From Escherichia coli (GTDB taxonomy: Bacteria; Pseudomonadota; Gammaproteobacteria; Enterobacterales; Enterobacteriaceae): a stretch of 64,000 nt of DNA. Numbering within the stretch: position 1 is the first letter of the stretch; each line of letters opens with the position of its first letter. The translations under genes and the position numbers were made by a program. Below, piece after piece: positions 23,991-35,241 of the stretch. The stretch lies in assembly GCF_030384885.1 (NCBI RefSeq), contig NZ_CP128613.1. One strand, given 5' to 3'. Under the pieces are notes generated by a model. It did no database searches and was not told the DNA's origin. It was given only the letters and a program-made list of their open reading frames with translations.

Positions 23991-25900
23991 TTACGACCTG
24001 CCAGCAGTTCCAGTACTTCATCTACGCTGGTGGTGTGCGCCAGACGCTCGATGACGGACTCATCATCCAGTGCGTTGGTCAGGCTGGTGATCACCTGAAT
24101 GTGCTCGTTGTTACGGGCAGCAATACCAATCACCAGGCGGGCAATGTCATCTTCTTCTTCACCGAAGCGCACGCCTTCCGGGTACTGGCAGAACACCACG
24201 CCCGTTTTCAGTACGCGATCTTTCGCTTCAACCGTACCGTGCGGTACCGCGATGGACTCACCCAGATAAGTCGGGGTCAGTTTTTCACGATCCAGCATTG
24301 CCTGAACGTATTCCGGCTCAACGTAACCACCTTTCACCAGCTGCTCGCCAGCAAAACGAATCGCTTCTTCTTTGGTGGCCGCTTTGCGACCGAGGAAGAT
24401 GTTTTCCGCACCCAGTTTGAAGAGGTTAGCACTGGAATCGTCAAAGCTGTCTTTCAGACTGTCTTTCACTTTTACTTCGTTTTCAGTATGGCGCTGGGCA
24501 GCAACCAGACGTTCGGTCAGGCTGGTGTACAGGCCGCTGTCGAGGAAGTTGGTCAGCGAAATATGCTGTGCCTGCGGAACCTGGCGCATAGCGCGTTCGG
24601 TCAGGTCACGGTGAGTGATGACCAGGTCCACATCTGGCGGCAGGTTGTTGATCGCGCTGTTAGTAACAGAAATCTGCGACAGACCTGCATCCTGAATTTT
24701 CTTACGCAGCACACCTGCGCCCATCGCACTGGAACCCATACCGGCATCACAGGCAACGATGATTTTACGGACGTGGCTCAGGTCGTTAGTCACATCGCCC
24801 GCAGACAGCGGAGACGCACCTTTAGACTCAGCTTTCATGTCCTGCATACGACGAGTTGCTGCTTCAATATCATCTTCATCTTTCACTTTGCTGGTTTTCA
24901 GCAGAATGGCAGAGACAACGAAGGAGACTGCCATCGCCGCACACACACCCGCGATGTTAGCGAAGTAAGCACCTTTTGGCGTCATCGCCAGTACCGCAAG
25001 GATAGAGCCCGGAGATGCCGGAGAAACCAGACCACCGCCCAGGATAGTCAGCGTGAACACGCCAGTCATACCGCCGAGGATAACGGCCAGAATCAGACGC
25101 GGATTCATCAGCACATACGGGAAGTAGATTTCGTGGATACCCCCCAGGAAGTGAATGATTGCCGCACCGCCCGCAGACTGTTTAGCGCTACCACGGCCAA
25201 AGAACATGTACGCCAGCAGAACACCCATACCCGGACCTGGGTTAGCTTCAATCAGGAAGAAGATGGATTTACCCAGTTCATGGGACTGCTGAATACCCAG
25301 CGGCGAGAAGATACCGTGGTTAATGGCGTTGTTGAGGAACAGGATTTTCGCCGGTTCAACAAAGATAGACGCCAGCGGCAGCATGTCATGGACAACCATG
25401 AAGTTAACGCCCGCAGCCAGCATTTTGGACAGGGCTTCAACAATTGGGCCAATGCCGAGGAACGCCAGAATAGCGAGGATCATCCCGATGATGCCAGCGG
25501 AGAAGTTATTCACCAGCATCTCAAAACCGGATTTGATCTTACCGTCTACCCAGCGGTCGAAGTGCTTAATGCACCAGCCGCCCAGCGGACCTGCAATCAT
25601 AGAACCGAGGAACATCGGCATATCTGCGCCGACGATAACGCCCATTGTGGTGATGGCACCGACTACGCCGCCACGTTCGCCGCCTACCAGCTTACCACCG
25701 GTATAACCGATCAGTAGTGGCAGGAGATAAGTGATCATCGGCCCGACCAGCTTCGCCAGCGTTTCGTTCGGTAACCACCCTGTTGGAATAAATAATGCGG
25801 TGATAATACCCCACGCGATAAACGCGCCGATATTTGGCATCACCATGTTGCTGAGGAAACGACCAAAGCTTTGCACTTTGATCTTAATATCGGATGACAT
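23987..25900 (-). CDS. mtlA: PTS mannitol-specific EIICBA component
   Basis: 637 aa; N-terminal polytopic EIIC, then EIIB and EIIA domains. Confidence 0.95.
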
Positions 25901-26043
25901 AAAAACACCCCTTCTTATGTTTGCTGTCGCGCAGGCTGGAAGCCCGAGGTTTTTTGTTAATGTGGCGGCAGAGGTAGCCGGACCTTGTGGATAGTGCGAA
26001 ATCTGGCACTGAATCGGTTAACTGTCCAGTCGACGGCTTTTTG

Positions 26044-26221
26044 TGTGATATGAATCACATAAATATAGGGGGTAGAGAGGTAATTGACGTGATATACATC
26101 ACAAAATACTTGTGTAAAAAAGCAACAAGACGACGATTTTCGCTAAAAATGGCATTTAAATGTGAGTAATGTCACATTTTTGTTTTGTTAGTTTGTTGAA
26201 TCTTTGTGATCTGAATCACAA
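26044..26221. promoter_or_regulatory. Cluster of CRP-like sites (TGTGA-N6-TCACA) upstream of mtlA
   Basis: tgtgatatgaatcaca (26044-26059), gtgatatacatcaca (26089-26103), tgtgagtaatgtcaca (26161-26176), tgtgatctgaatcaca (26206-26221); the mtl promoter is known to carry multiple CRP sites. Confidence 0.6.
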
Positions 26222-26436
26222 GATATTTTCTTACGGCGTTCACCTGATGTGATCTGCAGCATGTTATGCCTTCGTCATAAAATCGTTATGTAACTAAGCA
26301 ACTCATAACCTCTAAAAATTATTCTTTGGTGTTATGGCGAGAATCGCGAACCCGAATTATTGTCAAAATATCAGCCTGACTCCCTTCTGGCTGCCAGCCA
26401 AAAAACAACACCGATAAACGTGAATCCGAGGCAGAT

Positions 26437-26799
26437 ATGTTTCTAAACTATTTCGCGTTGGGAGTGCTGATCTTCGTCTTTCTGGTGATTTTTTATGGAA
26501 TCATCGCGATACATGACATCCCTTATCTGATTGCCAAAAAGCGCAATCACCCCCATGCCGACGCTATTCATACGGCGGGCTGGGTGAGCCTGTTTACTCT
26601 GCATGTTATCTGGCCGTTCCTGTGGATCTGGGCGACGCTCTATCAACCGGAGCGTGGCTGGGGTATGCAGTCACATGTTGCGTCGCAGGAGAAAGCGACT
26701 GACCCGGAAATCGCCGCACTTTCTGACCGAATTTCCCGGCTGGAGCATCAACTCGCCGCCGAGAAAAAGACTGACTATTCCACGTTCCCGGAGATCTAA
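26437..26799 (+). CDS. yibI: DUF3302-family inner membrane protein
   Basis: 120 aa; [45 protein letters not shown]...; about 90 percent identical over the first 80 aa to the second copy at 40909 (yiaW). Confidence 0.85.
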   Translation: MFLNYFALGVLIFVFLVIFYGIIAIHDIPYLIAKKRNHPHADAIHTAGWVSLFTLHVIWPFLWIWATLYQPERGWGMQSHVASQEKATDPEIAALSDRISRLEHQLAAEKKTDYSTFPEI

Positions 26800-26801
26800 A
26801 T

Positions 26802-27938
26802 ATGGATCTATTGATTGTTTTAACTTACGTGGCGCTGGCGTGGGCGGTCTTTAAAATCTTCCGCATTCCGGTAAATCAGTGGACGCTGGCGACGGCGGCG
26901 CTGGGAGGCGTGTTTCTGGTGAGTGGTTTGATTTTGTTGATGAACTACAACCACCCTTACACTTTTACCGCACAGAAAGCGGTGATTGCTATTCCCATCA
27001 CGCCACAGGTGACGGGGATCGTGACTGAAGTCACTGACAAGAATAATCAGCTTATTCAGAAGGGCGAGGTGCTTTTTAAGCTCGACCCGGTACGTTATCA
27101 GGCGCGAGTCGACAGGCTTCAGGCTGACCTGATGACGGCGACGCATAATATAAAGACACTGCGCGCGCAGCTCACTGAAGCGCAAGCCAATACCACCCAG
27201 GTTTCAGCGGAGCGTGACCGCTTGTTTAAAAATTATCAACGTTACCTGAAAGGCAGCCAGGCGGCGGTAAATCCGTTCTCGGAACGTGACATCGACGATG
27301 CGCGGCAAAACTTCCTCGCGCAGGATGCGCTGGTGAAAGGTTCGGTGGCGGAACAGGCGCAAATCCAGAGCCAGCTCGACAGTATGGTTAACGGTGAGCA
27401 GTCGCAGATTGTCAGCTTAAGGGCGCAGCTTACTGAAGCAAAATATAACCTTGAGCAGACCGTCATTCGCGCGCCGAGCAATGGCTACGTTACTCAGGTA
27501 CTGATCCGCCCAGGTACATACGCAGCTGCCTTGCCGCTACGTCCGGTGATGGTTTTCATCCCCGAGCAAAAACGGCAAATTGTCGCCCAATTTCGGCAGA
27601 ACTCGCTGTTACGTCTGAAACCCGGCGATGATGCGGAAGTGGTGTTTAACGCGCTACCTGGGCAGGTGTTCCACGGCAAACTGACTAGTATTTTACCTGT
27701 CGTGCCAGGCGGTTCGTATCAGGCGCAGGGGGTACTGCAATCATTAACGGTCGTACCCGGCACGGACGGTGTGCTGGGAACCATCGAACTGGACCCTAAC
27801 GATGATATCGATGCCTTACCCGACGGCATCTACGCCCAGGTGGCAGTTTACTCCGACCATTTCAGCCATGTTTCGGTGATGCGGAAGGTGCTGCTAAGAA
27901 TGACCAGTTGGATGCATTATCTTTATTTGGATCATTGA
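26802..27938 (+). CDS. yibH: HlyD-family membrane fusion protein
   Basis: 378 aa; N-terminal TM helix, coiled-coil and barrel-sandwich regions; paralogue of the ORF at 41238 (yiaV). Confidence 0.85.
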   Translation: MDLLIVLTYVALAWAVFKIFRIPVNQWTLATAALGGVFLVSGLILLMNYNHPYTFTAQKAVIAIPITPQVTGIVTEVTDKNNQLIQKGEVLFKLDPVRYQARVDRLQADLMTATHNIKTLRAQLTEAQANTTQVSAERDRLFKNYQRYLKGSQAAVNPFSERDIDDARQNFLAQDALVKGSVAEQAQIQSQLDSMVNGEQSQIVSLRAQLTEAKYNLEQTVIRAPSNGYVTQVLIRPGTYAAALPLRPVMVFIPEQKRQIVAQFRQNSLLRLKPGDDAEVVFNALPGQVFHGKLTSILPVVPGGSYQAQGVLQSLTVVPGTDGVLGTIELDPNDDIDALPDGIYAQVAVYSDHFSHVSVMRKVLLRMTSWMHYLYLDH

Positions 27939-28395
27939 GGGGGGCGGGGGAGATTATGGAACTTTGCTCCCTGCAAGGACTAATTATTTTTGCATATTAT
28001 TTCATCGGCTGTGATGATTTTTCGTTAATATCCATTATGTTAAGAAGTTCGGGATGAGTGTGAACTCATTGGATTTTTTATCCGTCTTGATCTGCCGAAG
28101 GATCAGACTATACATTGTCGAGATCGCAATGATGATATGAGTTGTTCCTCTGCCACGACTCTAATCAAAAAAGAGCAGGAGTGCTTTTCCATCTATTGCG
28201 ATGATGGCTTTATTATCTGAAGGATGACAATCACATTTAAAAATATATAATTTATAGATCACAATATAGGTTCATGGAATATATGTATACAACTATTTTT
28301 CTCTTCACTTTTAATTATCGCATTCATTATAACACTAAGTTAAAAAAACTCCTGGAGAGTGAGTTATTAATATATTTTTAAATATAATTAAGTTA

Positions 28396-28917
28396 TTATT
28401 CATCGATGCATTTTATAGAATCATCAATGGCTACAATAGTACTATTAACTCTCCAATTTATATTTTTATTATCATTGCAAATATTAACTGAATCTATATC
28501 AATGATTTTTCTATTTTTATCTTTTATTTTATTTACAGTTTCAATGCAATCAGCGACAAGTTGGTGTGGATTTAGATTCTTCAGATATGGTCTTATGATC
28601 TTTCCCTTGCTTAATAAATAGCATGTATAGGATTCGGAAAGTCCAGCATCTATTTTGTACATCATTATTCTAGATAAGGATGTGAGAAATGCCTTGTTAT
28701 CATTAGCAGCCATATATGCCAGTCCGAGTTCAGCCTCTGCGGCTTTACATGAAAAATAGCTAAATGAACACGCTTTTCGTCCCTCTTGGGTACTGGCTGA
28801 TATTAGTGCCCATAATATTGCCTTGTCTGCCAAATCCAACTCTCTCTGAAATTGGTTTACAGTAACTGCATTCGCAGAAATAGAGAAAAAAAGCACAATT
28901 GTTAATAACCTTGCCAT
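28396..28917 (-). CDS. Secreted or periplasmic protein; candidate immunity protein for the orphan Rhs C-terminal toxin
   Basis: 173 aa with cleavable signal peptide (MARLLTIVLFFSISANA); its start codon lies 4 nt after the stop of the orphan rhs-CT ORF, same strand. Confidence 0.45.
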   Translation of the reverse strand: MARLLTIVLFFSISANAVTVNQFQRELDLADKAILWALISASTQEGRKACSFSYFSCKAAEAELGLAYMAANDNKAFLTSLSRIMMYKIDAGLSESYTCYLLSKGKIIRPYLKNLNPHQLVADCIETVNKIKDKNRKIIDIDSVNICNDNKNINWRVNSTIVAIDDSIKCIDE

Positions 28918-28921
28918 ATTT

Positions 28922-30334
28922 CTAGTCCGTCACTGTTAATGTGCTATCTGGCTCTGAAAATATTAGCCCATTTAATTTTTGCATGTCATTAGATGAACCA
29001 GTTATACAACCCTCGGAACAGAATCGAGGTCCTAAAGATGGACCAAAAGCGTTTAAACAACTATGTGTTAAAAATCCATCACGATTATACGTTTCTGTAT
29101 TTGCTGACGGTACTAAACGTATACCATTAGGTTTTCTATTAGTTGCTCCAGGACCATTAACATTCCAGGTCCATACCCCTTGAGGTATTGGGCCTCTATT
29201 TTGTAAGTGTGTACAACCAGGATTATTTTTACATTGCATATTATTACCATTATTACCAGAGGCGACTGAAATAGTAAGCACACCATAAGAATTATCATCA
29301 CTTGGCGTATCTGAAACGCATGAAAGCATACCTAAAGTTATGCTGTATAAACAGGTCGCTAATCCCAACGGGTCAATATCAGTTATCGGATTCAACGGAT
29401 ACTGATAAAAATTCCATCCCCCCTTCAGCCCAATCGGATCCTGAGTGATATACCGCCCCTGCAGCGGGTCATAATAGCGGTGGCGGTTGTAATACAGGCC
29501 GGACTCCTCATCATACTGCTGACCCGGCAGGCGGATGAGCTGCTGCAGCTGGTGCGGGTTCTCTTCATTCAGCAGGTTGCCCCATTCATCATATTCTGCG
29601 TACCACGCTGTTGCCCCTTCCGTGCTGACAAGCGCCAGCGGCAGGCCGCGATGGTCGCAGTGGTACAGGTGGATTTTTCGCGCCGGCGTGTACACCGGGT
29701 CCATCTGGTTTTGCATCTGCTCCACCGTCAGGCCGCACGATGCCAGCCAGCGGCGGCTTTCCTCACTCACCCGGTCAGCCAGGATTTCACTTTCCAGCCG
29801 GTCGAGCATCTGCACCAGCACCGGCGGGAACACCACATGGCCTCCGTCTTCGCCGCCGGACTGCTGAAGGGCATCCGCCAGGCTGCGGCGCTGCGTTTTC
29901 GCCAGCTCACCGGTGGCGGTTTCGACCCTGATGAGTGGCGTGAAACTTCCCGGCAGGTATACCGTCTGGATGCGGGTTCTGTCGTTCTGTATCGTGGTCA
30001 GCCGGTCGCCATCCCAGCCGTACCAGGTCACTTCCGGTTTCCTTGACAGCGACATCCAGCCCGTCAGGTCCCGTTCACGCCGCCACACCCGTTTTGCCAC
30101 CCTGCGGCCCAGCGGGTCGTAAAGATAGCGACTTTCGACCAGCGGCTCTGCATATTGTGTCCGCGTGTAGTGCACCAGCCGGTGCCGGCTGTCGTAATGG
30201 TACCGGTGAGTCCGCTCATCATCCGTGCGGATAACCCCTTCCGGGATGAGGTCGGTTTTCTCCGTCAGCCTGCCGTGACGGTCATACCGGTAAAGATAGT
30301 GCGCGTCACGGGCGATACGGTTATCCGGCCACAT
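28922..30334 (-). CDS. Orphan rhs 3' fragment: distal Rhs core followed by an alternative C-terminal toxin domain
   Basis: 470 aa; the first ~325 aa are nearly identical to the distal core of the rhs gene at 30774-32915 up to the DPxGL boundary ([30 protein letters not shown]); the remaining ~145 aa are unrelated to the main gene. Confidence 0.75.
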   Translation of the reverse strand: MWPDNRIARDAHYLYRYDRHGRLTEKTDLIPEGVIRTDDERTHRYHYDSRHRLVHYTRTQYAEPLVESRYLYDPLGRRVAKRVWRRERDLTGWMSLSRKPEVTWYGWDGDRLTTIQNDRTRIQTVYLPGSFTPLIRVETATGELAKTQRRSLADALQQSGGEDGGHVVFPPVLVQMLDRLESEILADRVSEESRRWLASCGLTVEQMQNQMDPVYTPARKIHLYHCDHRGLPLALVSTEGATAWYAEYDEWGNLLNEENPHQLQQLIRLPGQQYDEESGLYYNRHRYYDPLQGRYITQDPIGLKGGWNFYQYPLNPITDIDPLGLATCLYSITLGMLSCVSDTPSDDNSYGVLTISVASGNNGNNMQCKNNPGCTHLQNRGPIPQGVWTWNVNGPGATNRKPNGIRLVPSANTETYNRDGFLTHSCLNAFGPSLGPRFCSEGCITGSSNDMQKLNGLIFSEPDSTLTVTD

Positions 30335-30410
30335 GCTGAGGGTGCTGTCCGGGTGCAGCTCCGGGTCGGGCAGGCGGTTACCTGCCGGGTCTGTTGCATA
30401 CGGGATATCA
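29386..30410. repeat. Direct repeat copy A (~1.0 kb) of the rhs distal core
   Basis: Identical spurious plus-strand ORFs in the track at 29480 and 31347 (also 29535/31402, 29740/31607, 29913/31780, 30043/31910) give a constant 1867-bp offset; homology ends where the DPxGL-encoding sequence ends. Confidence 0.85.
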
Positions 30411-30447
30411 ATGCCCAGGTTACATATAATAATAAGAGCAATTAACT

Positions 30448-30774
30448 TTATTTATTTATAATGCGCTTACTTAATACAAACCATTGAATATACCCTCCTG
30501 ACAGAAAATAAAGCCATATTATTATCGCCATAATATACTTGCTATCAATTCTTACGCCAATAATGTCTGAAATACTCCCTATAAATATTAGAGCAATAAA
30601 GAATACTATGCCTGTTGGAAAACATATTACCATCATTCCATAAGACATGAGACTAATTAACTCGCTCACATCACGAGTGGAGTCTAATAGTGAAAGTCTA
30701 TGCATGGAAAAGAATAGCATTAAAAGTGATAACGCCAGCCATATAGCTCTGAATGAAAAAATAATATATTTCAT
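30448..30774 (-). CDS. Small three-helix membrane protein; candidate immunity protein for the main Rhs C-terminal toxin
   Basis: 108 aa, three hydrophobic segments; start codon overlaps the rhs stop by 1 nt (TAATG), same strand. Confidence 0.45.
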   Translation of the reverse strand: MKYIIFSFRAIWLALSLLMLFFSMHRLSLLDSTRDVSELISLMSYGMMVICFPTGIVFFIALIFIGSISDIIGVRIDSKYIMAIIIWLYFLSGGYIQWFVLSKRIINK

Positions 30775-32915
30775 TACATCACTCCGGTGAATACAAATCT
30801 AATAAAACGTCCAATGTTATTTCCGGAGCACTTCATCTTACATGTTTCTAAAGAATCATTAGACCAGTCTTGGCAGTTTTTAAATAGCCCTAAATTTATA
30901 GGTGTGAATATATCAGGCAATACAGAATAACGCGGCCTTACCTCTTTAAATTTCCCTTTTAAACAGTTCTCCACACAACTATTATCGGTTTCAACGAGGT
31001 CACAACGGCCAGCAGCTTCTTTTGTATCATTACTTGCTTTACCTGGCCCCCATAGACCATCTCCTTTTGATTCTCCCCGTTGGTCTTGGCCACCACAAGT
31101 ATAGTCCCCTTTACCATCTGGGACACAAAGATATTGATGATAGAACGGATTCCCCCATATATCTGGACCGCTTCTTTCACCAGTTCCGCCCATTGAATGC
31201 AGTGGCTTAATGCATTTTAGTGTTTCTAATCCTAATGGATCTATATTTGAGATCGGATTCAACGGATACTGATAAAAATTCCATCCCCCCTTCAGCCCAA
31301 TCGGATCCTGAGTGATATACCGCCCCTGCAGCGGGTCATAATAGCGGTGGCGGTTGTAATACAGGCCGGACTCCTCATCATACTGCTGACCCGGCAGGCG
31401 GATGAGCTGCTGCAGCTGGTGCGGGTTCTCTTCATTCAGCAGGTTGCCCCATTCATCATATTCTGCGTACCACGCTGTTGCCCCTTCCGTGCTGACAAGC
31501 GCCAGCGGCAGGCCGCGATGGTCGCAGTGGTACAGGTGGATTTTTCGCGCCGGCGTGTACACCGGGTCCATCTGGTTTTGCATCTGCTCCACCGTCAGGC
31601 CGCACGATGCCAGCCAGCGGCGGCTTTCCTCACTCACCCGGTCAGCCAGGATTTCACTTTCCAGCCGGTCGAGCATCTGCACCAGCACCGGCGGGAACAC
31701 CACATGGCCTCCGTCTTCGCCGCCGGACTGCTGAAGGGCATCCGCCAGGCTGCGGCGCTGCGTTTTCGCCAGCTCACCGGTGGCGGTTTCGACCCTGATG
31801 AGTGGCGTGAAACTTCCCGGCAGGTATACCGTCTGGATGCGGGTTCTGTCGTTCTGTATCGTGGTCAGCCGGTCGCCATCCCAGCCGTACCAGGTCACTT
31901 CCGGTTTCCTTGACAGCGACATCCAGCCCGTCAGGTCCCGTTCACGCCGCCACACCCGTTTTGCCACCCTGCGGCCCAGCGGGTCGTAAAGATAGCGACT
32001 TTCGACCAGCGGCTCTGCATATTGTGTCCGCGTGTAGTGCACCAGCCGGTGCCGGCTGTCGTAATGGTACCGGTGAGTCCGCTCATCATCCGTGCGGATA
32101 ACCCCTTCCGGGATGAGGTCGGTTTTCTCCGTCAGCCTGCCGTGACGGTCATACCGGTAAAGATAGTGCGCGTCACGTGTTATACGGTTATCCGGCCACA
32201 TGCTGAGGGTGCTGTCCGGGTGCAGCTCCGGGTCAGGCAGGCGGTTACCTGCCGGGTCCGTGGCATACGGGATGCGGATATCCAGATTTGAGGTGGTGGT
32301 GTGGACGCCGGTCAGCCTGCCGGTGGTGCTGTAGCTGTAACTCCGGGTCTGGCGCGGGCTGCTGATGCGGATGAGTTCGCCGTTGTCGTTCCAGGTGTAA
32401 TCGCGGTCATACTGCAGGCTGTTCAGGTGCTGGCTCTGTAACTGCCCGGCAGGGGTATAAGCGGTGGTGAGTTCATAACGGCCGAAGCTGCGCAGCGTTT
32501 CCCGGTGCAGGCGGTCGCGGGTGAAATCCACCAGCGGTGTGTCGCCGAGTTTCATCCCTGCCAGGTAACCACTGCCATAAGTCAGCCATTCCACGGCGGG
32601 CAGGCTGTCCGGTATACAGCGGTTCGCCAGCCCCTGCGCGTTGTACGCATGTCTGGTTTCATGCTGCCAGAGCAGTTCATTCGTCTGCGGGTGATGCACC
32701 GTCTGGCGCTCACCGGTCAGGGCAAGGTCGGTTTCGCCGGGAAGGACCTTTGCACCGAGCAACGGATTGACCGGATGACCGGACGTCACCCCGCCGGGGC
32801 ACACCGAACAGGCCACGCTGGTGGGGGCACCAATACGTACCCCGGCTGAACCCTGAACAATGCTACCGCCATACTGCGTCATGTCGCCCTGACGCGCCGC
32901 CGGTTTTCCGCTCAT
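30774..32915 (-). CDS. Rhs-family polymorphic toxin, short form: PAAR-type N-terminus, distal YD-repeat core, DPxGL boundary, cysteine-rich C-terminal domain
   Basis: 713 aa; [22 protein letters not shown]... (literal PAAR motif); YD repeats ([46 protein letters not shown]); conserved core end PxxxxDPxGL; AAGGA Shine-Dalgarno before the ATG at 32915. Confidence 0.8.
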   Translation of the reverse strand: MSGKPAARQGDMTQYGGSIVQGSAGVRIGAPTSVACSVCPGGVTSGHPVNPLLGAKVLPGETDLALTGERQTVHHPQTNELLWQHETRHAYNAQGLANRCIPDSLPAVEWLTYGSGYLAGMKLGDTPLVDFTRDRLHRETLRSFGRYELTTAYTPAGQLQSQHLNSLQYDRDYTWNDNGELIRISSPRQTRSYSYSTTGRLTGVHTTTSNLDIRIPYATDPAGNRLPDPELHPDSTLSMWPDNRITRDAHYLYRYDRHGRLTEKTDLIPEGVIRTDDERTHRYHYDSRHRLVHYTRTQYAEPLVESRYLYDPLGRRVAKRVWRRERDLTGWMSLSRKPEVTWYGWDGDRLTTIQNDRTRIQTVYLPGSFTPLIRVETATGELAKTQRRSLADALQQSGGEDGGHVVFPPVLVQMLDRLESEILADRVSEESRRWLASCGLTVEQMQNQMDPVYTPARKIHLYHCDHRGLPLALVSTEGATAWYAEYDEWGNLLNEENPHQLQQLIRLPGQQYDEESGLYYNRHRYYDPLQGRYITQDPIGLKGGWNFYQYPLNPISNIDPLGLETLKCIKPLHSMGGTGERSGPDIWGNPFYHQYLCVPDGKGDYTCGGQDQRGESKGDGLWGPGKASNDTKEAAGRCDLVETDNSCVENCLKGKFKEVRPRYSVLPDIFTPINLGLFKNCQDWSNDSLETCKMKCSGNNIGRFIRFVFTGVM
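31253..32277. repeat. Direct repeat copy B (~1.0 kb) of the rhs distal core
   Basis: Partner of 29386-30410; see that entry. Confidence 0.85.
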
Positions 32916-33143
32916 CTGCTCATCCTTGTTTTATCGGGTTATTTGTCTGCTGACAGGCGAAACCCTACAGATTTATAAGAAAGCCTTAAGTGAGATATCT
33001 GTCAGATAAGAACAATTAGGAAAATATTTATATCACCATGATAAATATGTGATTTATTGGGAGGTAACAAACCATCAACATTTTCTGCCCTTTTTCCCAT
33101 CACCAGGCCATACTGATATTTTTCCTCGCACAAAGGACTCGGC

Positions 33144-33752
33144 ATGAAACTCGTCGGTAGCTACACCAGCCCGTTTGTACGCAAACTTTCTATTCTGTTG
33201 TTAGAAAAGGGCATAACTTTCGAATTTATTAATGAACTGCCCTATAACGCGGACAACGGCGTGGCGCAATTTAACCCGTTAGGGAAAGTGCCGGTGCTGG
33301 TGACTGAAGAGGGCGAATGTTGGTTTGATTCGCCGATCATCGCTGAATATATTGAATTAATGAATGTCGCTCCGGCGATGTTGCCGCGCGATCCGCTGGA
33401 GTCGTTGCGAGTGCGCAAAATTGAGGCGCTGGCGGATGGCATTATGGATGCCGGGCTGGTATCGGTGCGTGAACAGGCACGTCCGGCGGCGCAGCAGTCT
33501 GAAGATGAATTGTTACGCCAGCGGGAGAAAATCAACCGCAGTCTGGATGTGCTGGAAGGATATCTGGTCGATGGCACGCTCAAAACCGATATGGTCAACC
33601 TGGCGACTATCGCCATTGCCTGTGCCGTCGGATATCTCAATTTCCGCCGCGTTGCGCCAGGCTGGTGTGTCGACCGCCCACACTTAGTCAAACTGGTCGA
33701 AAACCTGTTTAGCCGCGAAAGTTTTGCCCGCACCGAACCGCCAAAGGCTTGA
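33144..33752 (+). CDS. yibF: Glutathione S-transferase family protein
   Basis: 202 aa; GST N- and C-terminal domain layout; divergent from the rhs gene. Confidence 0.9.
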   Translation: MKLVGSYTSPFVRKLSILLLEKGITFEFINELPYNADNGVAQFNPLGKVPVLVTEEGECWFDSPIIAEYIELMNVAPAMLPRDPLESLRVRKIEALADGIMDAGLVSVREQARPAAQQSEDELLRQREKINRSLDVLEGYLVDGTLKTDMVNLATIAIACAVGYLNFRRVAPGWCVDRPHLVKLVENLFSRESFARTEPPKA

Positions 33753-33849
33753 TGCGCGATATGTCCTCCTGACCCATCTCACGTTACAATCCGTGGTTAT
33801 GTTAAACGCCCTTCTCCGTGTGAGAGGGCCTTGATCAACCAGGTTTCCT

Positions 33850-35241
33850 ATGACAACCGAAACGCGTTCCCTCTATAGTCAACTTCCGGCTATTGATCGC
33901 TTATTGCGCGATAGCTCTTTCCTTTCTTTGCGTGATACCTATGGTCACACCCGCGTGGTGGAGTTGCTGCGTCAGATGCTTGACGAAGCGCGAGAAGTGA
34001 TTCGTGACAACCAGACGCTGCCCGCATGGTGTGAAAACTGGGCGCAAGAAGTCGATGCCCGGCTGACGAAGGAGGCGCAGAGCGCGCTGCGTCCGGTGAT
34101 CAACCTGACGGGAACCGTGCTGCATACCAATCTTGGGCGAGCTTTACAGGCAGAAGCCGCGGTGGAAGCCGTTGCGCAGGCTATGCGTTCGCCAGTGACC
34201 CTCGAGTACGATCTGGACGACGCCGGACGCGGACATCGCGATCGGGCGCTGGCACAGCTGCTGTGCCGCATTACGGGGGCGGAAGATGCCTGTATCGTTA
34301 ATAACAATGCGGCGGCGGTATTGTTGATGTTGGCGGCCACTGCCAGTGGGAAAGAGGTGGTGGTATCTCGCGGCGAACTGGTGGAGATTGGCGGCGCGTT
34401 TCGTATTCCTGATGTCATGCGTCAGGCAGGCTGCACCCTACACGAAGTGGGGACCACCAATCGCACGCACGCTAATGATTATCGCCAGGCGGTGAATGAA
34501 AATACCGCTCTGTTGATGAAAGTACATACCAGTAACTACAGCATTCAGGGGTTCACCAAAGCGATAGATGAAGCTGAACTGGTGGCGCTCGGCAAAGAGC
34601 TGGATGTTCCAGTGGTGACGGATTTAGGCAGTGGCTCGCTAGTCGATCTTAGCCAGTACGGTTTGCCGAAAGAGCCAATGCCGCAGGAGTTGATTGCGGC
34701 GGGCGTCAGTCTGGTGAGCTTCTCCGGCGACAAGCTGTTAGGCGGGCCGCAGGCAGGAATTATTGTTGGTAAAAAAGAGATGATCGCCCGCCTGCAAAGC
34801 CATCCACTGAAGCGTGCATTACGCGCGGATAAAATGACCCTCGCGGCGCTGGAAGCCACGTTGCGTCTTTATTTACACCCTGAGGCGCTGAGTGAAAAAT
34901 TACCGACCCTGCGTCTGCTTACCCGCAGCGCAGAGGTCATTCAAATCCAGGCACAACGTTTACAGGCCCCCCTTGCCGCACATTACGGCGCGGAGTTCGC
35001 GGTACAGGTTATGCCATGTCTTTCGCAGATTGGCAGTGGTTCGCTGCCGGTTGATCGCCTGCCGAGCGCGGCATTAACGTTTACACCCCATGATGGACGC
35101 GGTAGCCACCTTGAGTCATTAGCCGCCCGCTGGCGTGAATTGCCAGTGCCGGTGATTGGTCGTATTTATGACGGACGATTGTGGCTGGATTTACGCTGCC
35201 TTGAAGATGAGCAACGGTTTTTGGAGATGTTGTTGAAATGA
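33850..35241 (+). CDS. selA: L-seryl-tRNA(Sec) selenium transferase
   Basis: 463 aa; recognised as SelA; overlaps the selB start. Confidence 0.95.
   Translation: MTTETRSLYSQLPAIDRLLRDSSFLSLRDTYGHTRVVELLRQMLDEAREVIRDNQTLPAWCENWAQEVDARLTKEAQSALRPVINLTGTVLHTNLGRALQAEAAVEAVAQAMRSPVTLEYDLDDAGRGHRDRALAQLLCRITGAEDACIVNNNAAAVLLMLAATASGKEVVVSRGELVEIGGAFRIPDVMRQAGCTLHEVGTTNRTHANDYRQAVNENTALLMKVHTSNYSIQGFTKAIDEAELVALGKELDVPVVTDLGSGSLVDLSQYGLPKEPMPQELIAAGVSLVSFSGDKLLGGPQAGIIVGKKEMIARLQSHPLKRALRADKMTLAALEATLRLYLHPEALSEKLPTLRLLTRSAEVIQIQAQRLQAPLAAHYGAEFAVQVMPCLSQIGSGSLPVDRLPSAALTFTPHDGRGSHLESLAARWRELPVPVIGRIYDGRLWLDLRCLEDEQRFLEMLLK

Noticed and set aside
24035-25717. 560-aa plus-strand ORF inside mtlA, and similar long antisense ORFs (5629-6711 in gpmM, 10734-11327 in lldD, 13698-14483 in lldP)
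   Set aside because: All are antisense shadows of confidently identified genes; their translations are low-complexity and Arg/His-rich, typical of out-of-frame reading.
26040-26260. Cluster of TGTGA-N6-TCACA sites upstream of mtlA
   Set aside because: Recorded as a feature but not as a finding: multiple CRP sites in the mtl promoter are established knowledge.
27939-28395. AT-rich ~450-bp gap between yibH and the orphan Rhs partner gene, as a possible mobile-element scar or small RNA
   Set aside because: No inverted terminal repeats, no transposase or integrase fragment and no convincing promoter/terminator pair were found; it is more simply the AT-rich tail of the horizontally acquired rhs module.
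29480-30046. Identical 188-aa plus-strand ORFs at 29480 and 31347 (and several other identical pairs nearby)
   Set aside because: They are antisense to the duplicated rhs core. Their identity only reflects the 1-kb DNA repeat and was used as evidence for the repeat, not as genes.
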